Below are positions 14,254-16,328 of a stretch of DNA of 16,328 nucleotides, one piece after another. This DNA comes from Candidatus Iainarchaeum sp. (GTDB taxonomy: Archaea; Iainarchaeota; Iainarchaeia; JAGGVJ01), in assembly GCA_021158055.1 (NCBI GenBank), contig JAGGVJ010000021.1, positions 1-16,328 of the forward strand. Reading direction: 5' to 3'. A model generated the notes under the pieces. The model saw only the letters and a program-made list of their open reading frames with translations, made no database searches and had not been told where the DNA came from. A program made the translations under genes and the position numbers. The number at the start of each line of letters is the position of its first letter. Position 1 is the first letter of the stretch.

Positions 14254-16095
14254 TTAGCAGGAGCCGCCCACATCAACGTTTGCGGAAGAAGGCATTTCAA
14301 GGTCAATGTCGCACCCTGAAAGGTCCGGGTTTTGCAGGCACACGCCTCTCTGCACTGTGTCTATGCTGTAGCCCCGCAGGAAAATGCTGTTGTTCACAAG
14401 CCAGGTCGGTGAAGCGGTTATGCCGAGCTCGTCTGTAAATGCAATGCTTTCTTCAAGAAGCTTTGTCCCTTCGACTCCTTTTGCGCATTCTTCAACGCTT
14501 GTCGCGTCAATTCCCGCGTTGCCCGCACACTCCGCAAACATATCTCCAATGTTCCTGTAATCGGCGTTTGCGCATTCAAGGTAGTCAAGCAGCTTGTCAG
14601 GGTAGTTTTCCATTATGCACACTTGCCTCAGGTTCTCGTCCACTTCGTTTTGGCCGTGAAGGCTTGAGAAATTACCGTCGCCGTTGCTTTCAGCAATGAA
14701 CCGGATGTTGTATTCAAGGTCAGGCATTGACTTGACCATTTCTTTCAAAGTGGCTTCAGCCATTGTTCCGTAAGGGCACTGGCTCATCACAAACAAGTCA
14801 ACAGTGTTTTTGATTTCTTCCCTTCCGATAGTTTTTATCGGGGCAGTGTTCAGCAAATACAAACTGTTTTCTGTTTCCGTAAGGTATTGTTCTATCACGC
14901 CGAACTGCTCGTGTTTTTCAACGTTGTCCGGGTAAAAGAAGTATGCCGGAAGCCCGCTTATCTCGGCTTCTTTTATGAGCTCCTGTCCTTCAACCGAATC
15001 CATGTCAATTTCCTTGATGGCAAGGTTTGAGAAAAGCCCTTTGATTGAGCCGATCATCTGTGCAGGATCGCACAAGGCGCAAGTTTTGTCGTTTAAGATA
15101 AGCAGGTTTATCTCCTGTTCGGGAGGCAGGTTTTTGCACACTTCGCTTTCAGAGGCAAACTTGCATATTGCGCGTTTCAGTGAGATGGGATCGCGCCTTC
15201 CGCTGTACGGTTCTCCGTCAATGTAAAAAGTCGGCGAGCCGGATATTCCAAGCTGTTTTGCGCGCTTTATGTTCTCGCTTAAAAGAGTTTTTCCTTCTTC
15301 CCCCAAAGCACACGCTTCAAGTTCTGTTATCTCTTCCGCGGTCAATCCCGCGGTTTCAGCGGAAGCTCCCCAGTCCTTTTTGCCATGAGAAAGGTTGTCT
15401 GCAACAGCCAGCAGGTAGTCAAACAGTTTTCCATGCGAGTTTTTCAGCACGCACAACTGCCTGGTGTCTTCCTCTACTTCAGGCTGGCCGTGAAGGCTTG
15501 AAAAAGAGCCGTTGCCTGTTTCTTCTGCAATGAAGTAAATGTTGAATTCAACTTCTTTCCCGAACTCTTCAAGAACAGGTATGAGTGACTTTTCTGCCCG
15601 GGTCCCGTGAGGACAATAGCTCATGGCAAAAAGATCCACTTGAGTAAGCGCGTCTTCATATATCTCACCACTTCCATTTGCGGGTTCAGTTCCGCTCCCG
15701 CCGCCGCTTCCTGCGCCGCCCGCGCCTCCCCCTCCGCTTCCTGCGCCCACGCTTGTGTTTTGGTCTTCAGGGGGAATTACCATATTGACCGTTCCCCCTT
15801 GAGGCGTGCCTATGAGTCCTTCAAGCGCACCGTTGCCGATGGACACGGCGGCAAAAACAAGGATTATCGCGGCAACTGAAAACAGCATAATCTTTGAAGA
15901 ATCAAACGGTTTGGGTTGTTTTGGTCTTGATTCGTTTTCAGGGCCTTTTTCGGCAACTTGTTCTTCACCAATTTTTTTGGCTTCAGATTGTGGTTGAGAT
16001 TCTTCTGCGTGCCTGTCTTCTTCTTTTCTCGGGCTCAAAGCAGTTTTTTTTGCATTTGCATTTCTTTTGTGCTTGTTTGATTTCTTTTTTGACAT
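14254..16095 (-). CDS. Membrane-anchored multi-domain thioredoxin-fold (DsbA/GILT-like) protein
   Basis: Charged N-terminal tail, TM helix (IMLFSVAAIILVFAAVSIG), Gly-rich linker, two homologous domains (DLFAMSYCPHG..SSLHGQPEV..GISGSPT; DLFVMSQCPYG..SSLHGQNEV..GITASPT) flanking a CALC..GLP domain. GAGGTG RBS at 16106-16101. Confidence 0.85.
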   Translation of the reverse strand: MSKKKSNKHKRNANAKKTALSPRKEEDRHAEESQPQSEAKKIGEEQVAEKGPENESRPKQPKPFDSSKIMLFSVAAIILVFAAVSIGNGALEGLIGTPQGGTVNMVIPPEDQNTSVGAGSGGGGAGGAGSGGGSGTEPANGSGEIYEDALTQVDLFAMSYCPHGTRAEKSLIPVLEEFGKEVEFNIYFIAEETGNGSFSSLHGQPEVEEDTRQLCVLKNSHGKLFDYLLAVADNLSHGKKDWGASAETAGLTAEEITELEACALGEEGKTLLSENIKRAKQLGISGSPTFYIDGEPYSGRRDPISLKRAICKFASESEVCKNLPPEQEINLLILNDKTCALCDPAQMIGSIKGLFSNLAIKEIDMDSVEGQELIKEAEISGLPAYFFYPDNVEKHEQFGVIEQYLTETENSLYLLNTAPIKTIGREEIKNTVDLFVMSQCPYGTMAEATLKEMVKSMPDLEYNIRFIAESNGDGNFSSLHGQNEVDENLRQVCIMENYPDKLLDYLECANADYRNIGDMFAECAGNAGIDATSVEECAKGVEGTKLLEESIAFTDELGITASPTWLVNNSIFLRGYSIDTVQRGVCLQNPDLSGCDIDLEMPSSANVDVGGSC

Positions 16096-16328
16096 AAAAA
16101 CACCTCAAAAGTTGAATTTAATTAAAAGTTGTGGTTTGCAATTTATTTATTATAAAACAATTTTATTGATTAGTGTATTATCTTGTGTACAATTGTTAAA
16201 TAATACTTGTGGGTTGTCAATAATAAATATTTTAGTTAATTATGTAAATGATAAAAATTCACTTAATTCACAAATAGGTAATAAATCAAAAGATTTATAT
16301 AATAGATATCAAATATTAAGTATATATA
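16096..16328. promoter_or_regulatory. AT-rich upstream/promoter region
   Basis: Very AT-rich, no ORF, several TATA-like elements on both strands. Confidence 0.4.

Noticed and set aside
1-16328. CRISPR array, rRNA or tRNA genes; remaining short overlapping ORFs
   Set aside because: No regularly spaced repeat-spacer units or RNA gene signatures seen. The short ORFs overlap well-supported genes and lack motifs.

Overview
Archaeal chromosomal window with a DPANN-like gene set (lineage inferred from gene content, not proven). From left to right: an IS5-family transposase remnant on the minus strand that the ORF track missed, abutting a gene with four S-layer-like beta repeats; hydrogenase maturation genes hypE-hypF; an AT-rich GNAT gene; a minus-strand run of ribose-1,5-bisphosphate isomerase, AMP phosphorylase and an unusual in-frame fusion of a NuoC/30-kDa hydrogenase-subunit domain with TsaC/YrdC; ftsZ-secE-spt5 not followed by rpl11; an AT-rich amylo-alpha-1,6-glucosidase-like gene divergent from a 2TM-HEPN-like gene carrying RX4H; and a membrane-anchored protein with three thioredoxin-fold domains. 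The best candidates for novelty are the NuoC-TsaC fusion in its HypEF/AMP-salvage context and the membrane-tethered HEPN-like protein. All calls rest on motif recognition by eye; no searches were run.
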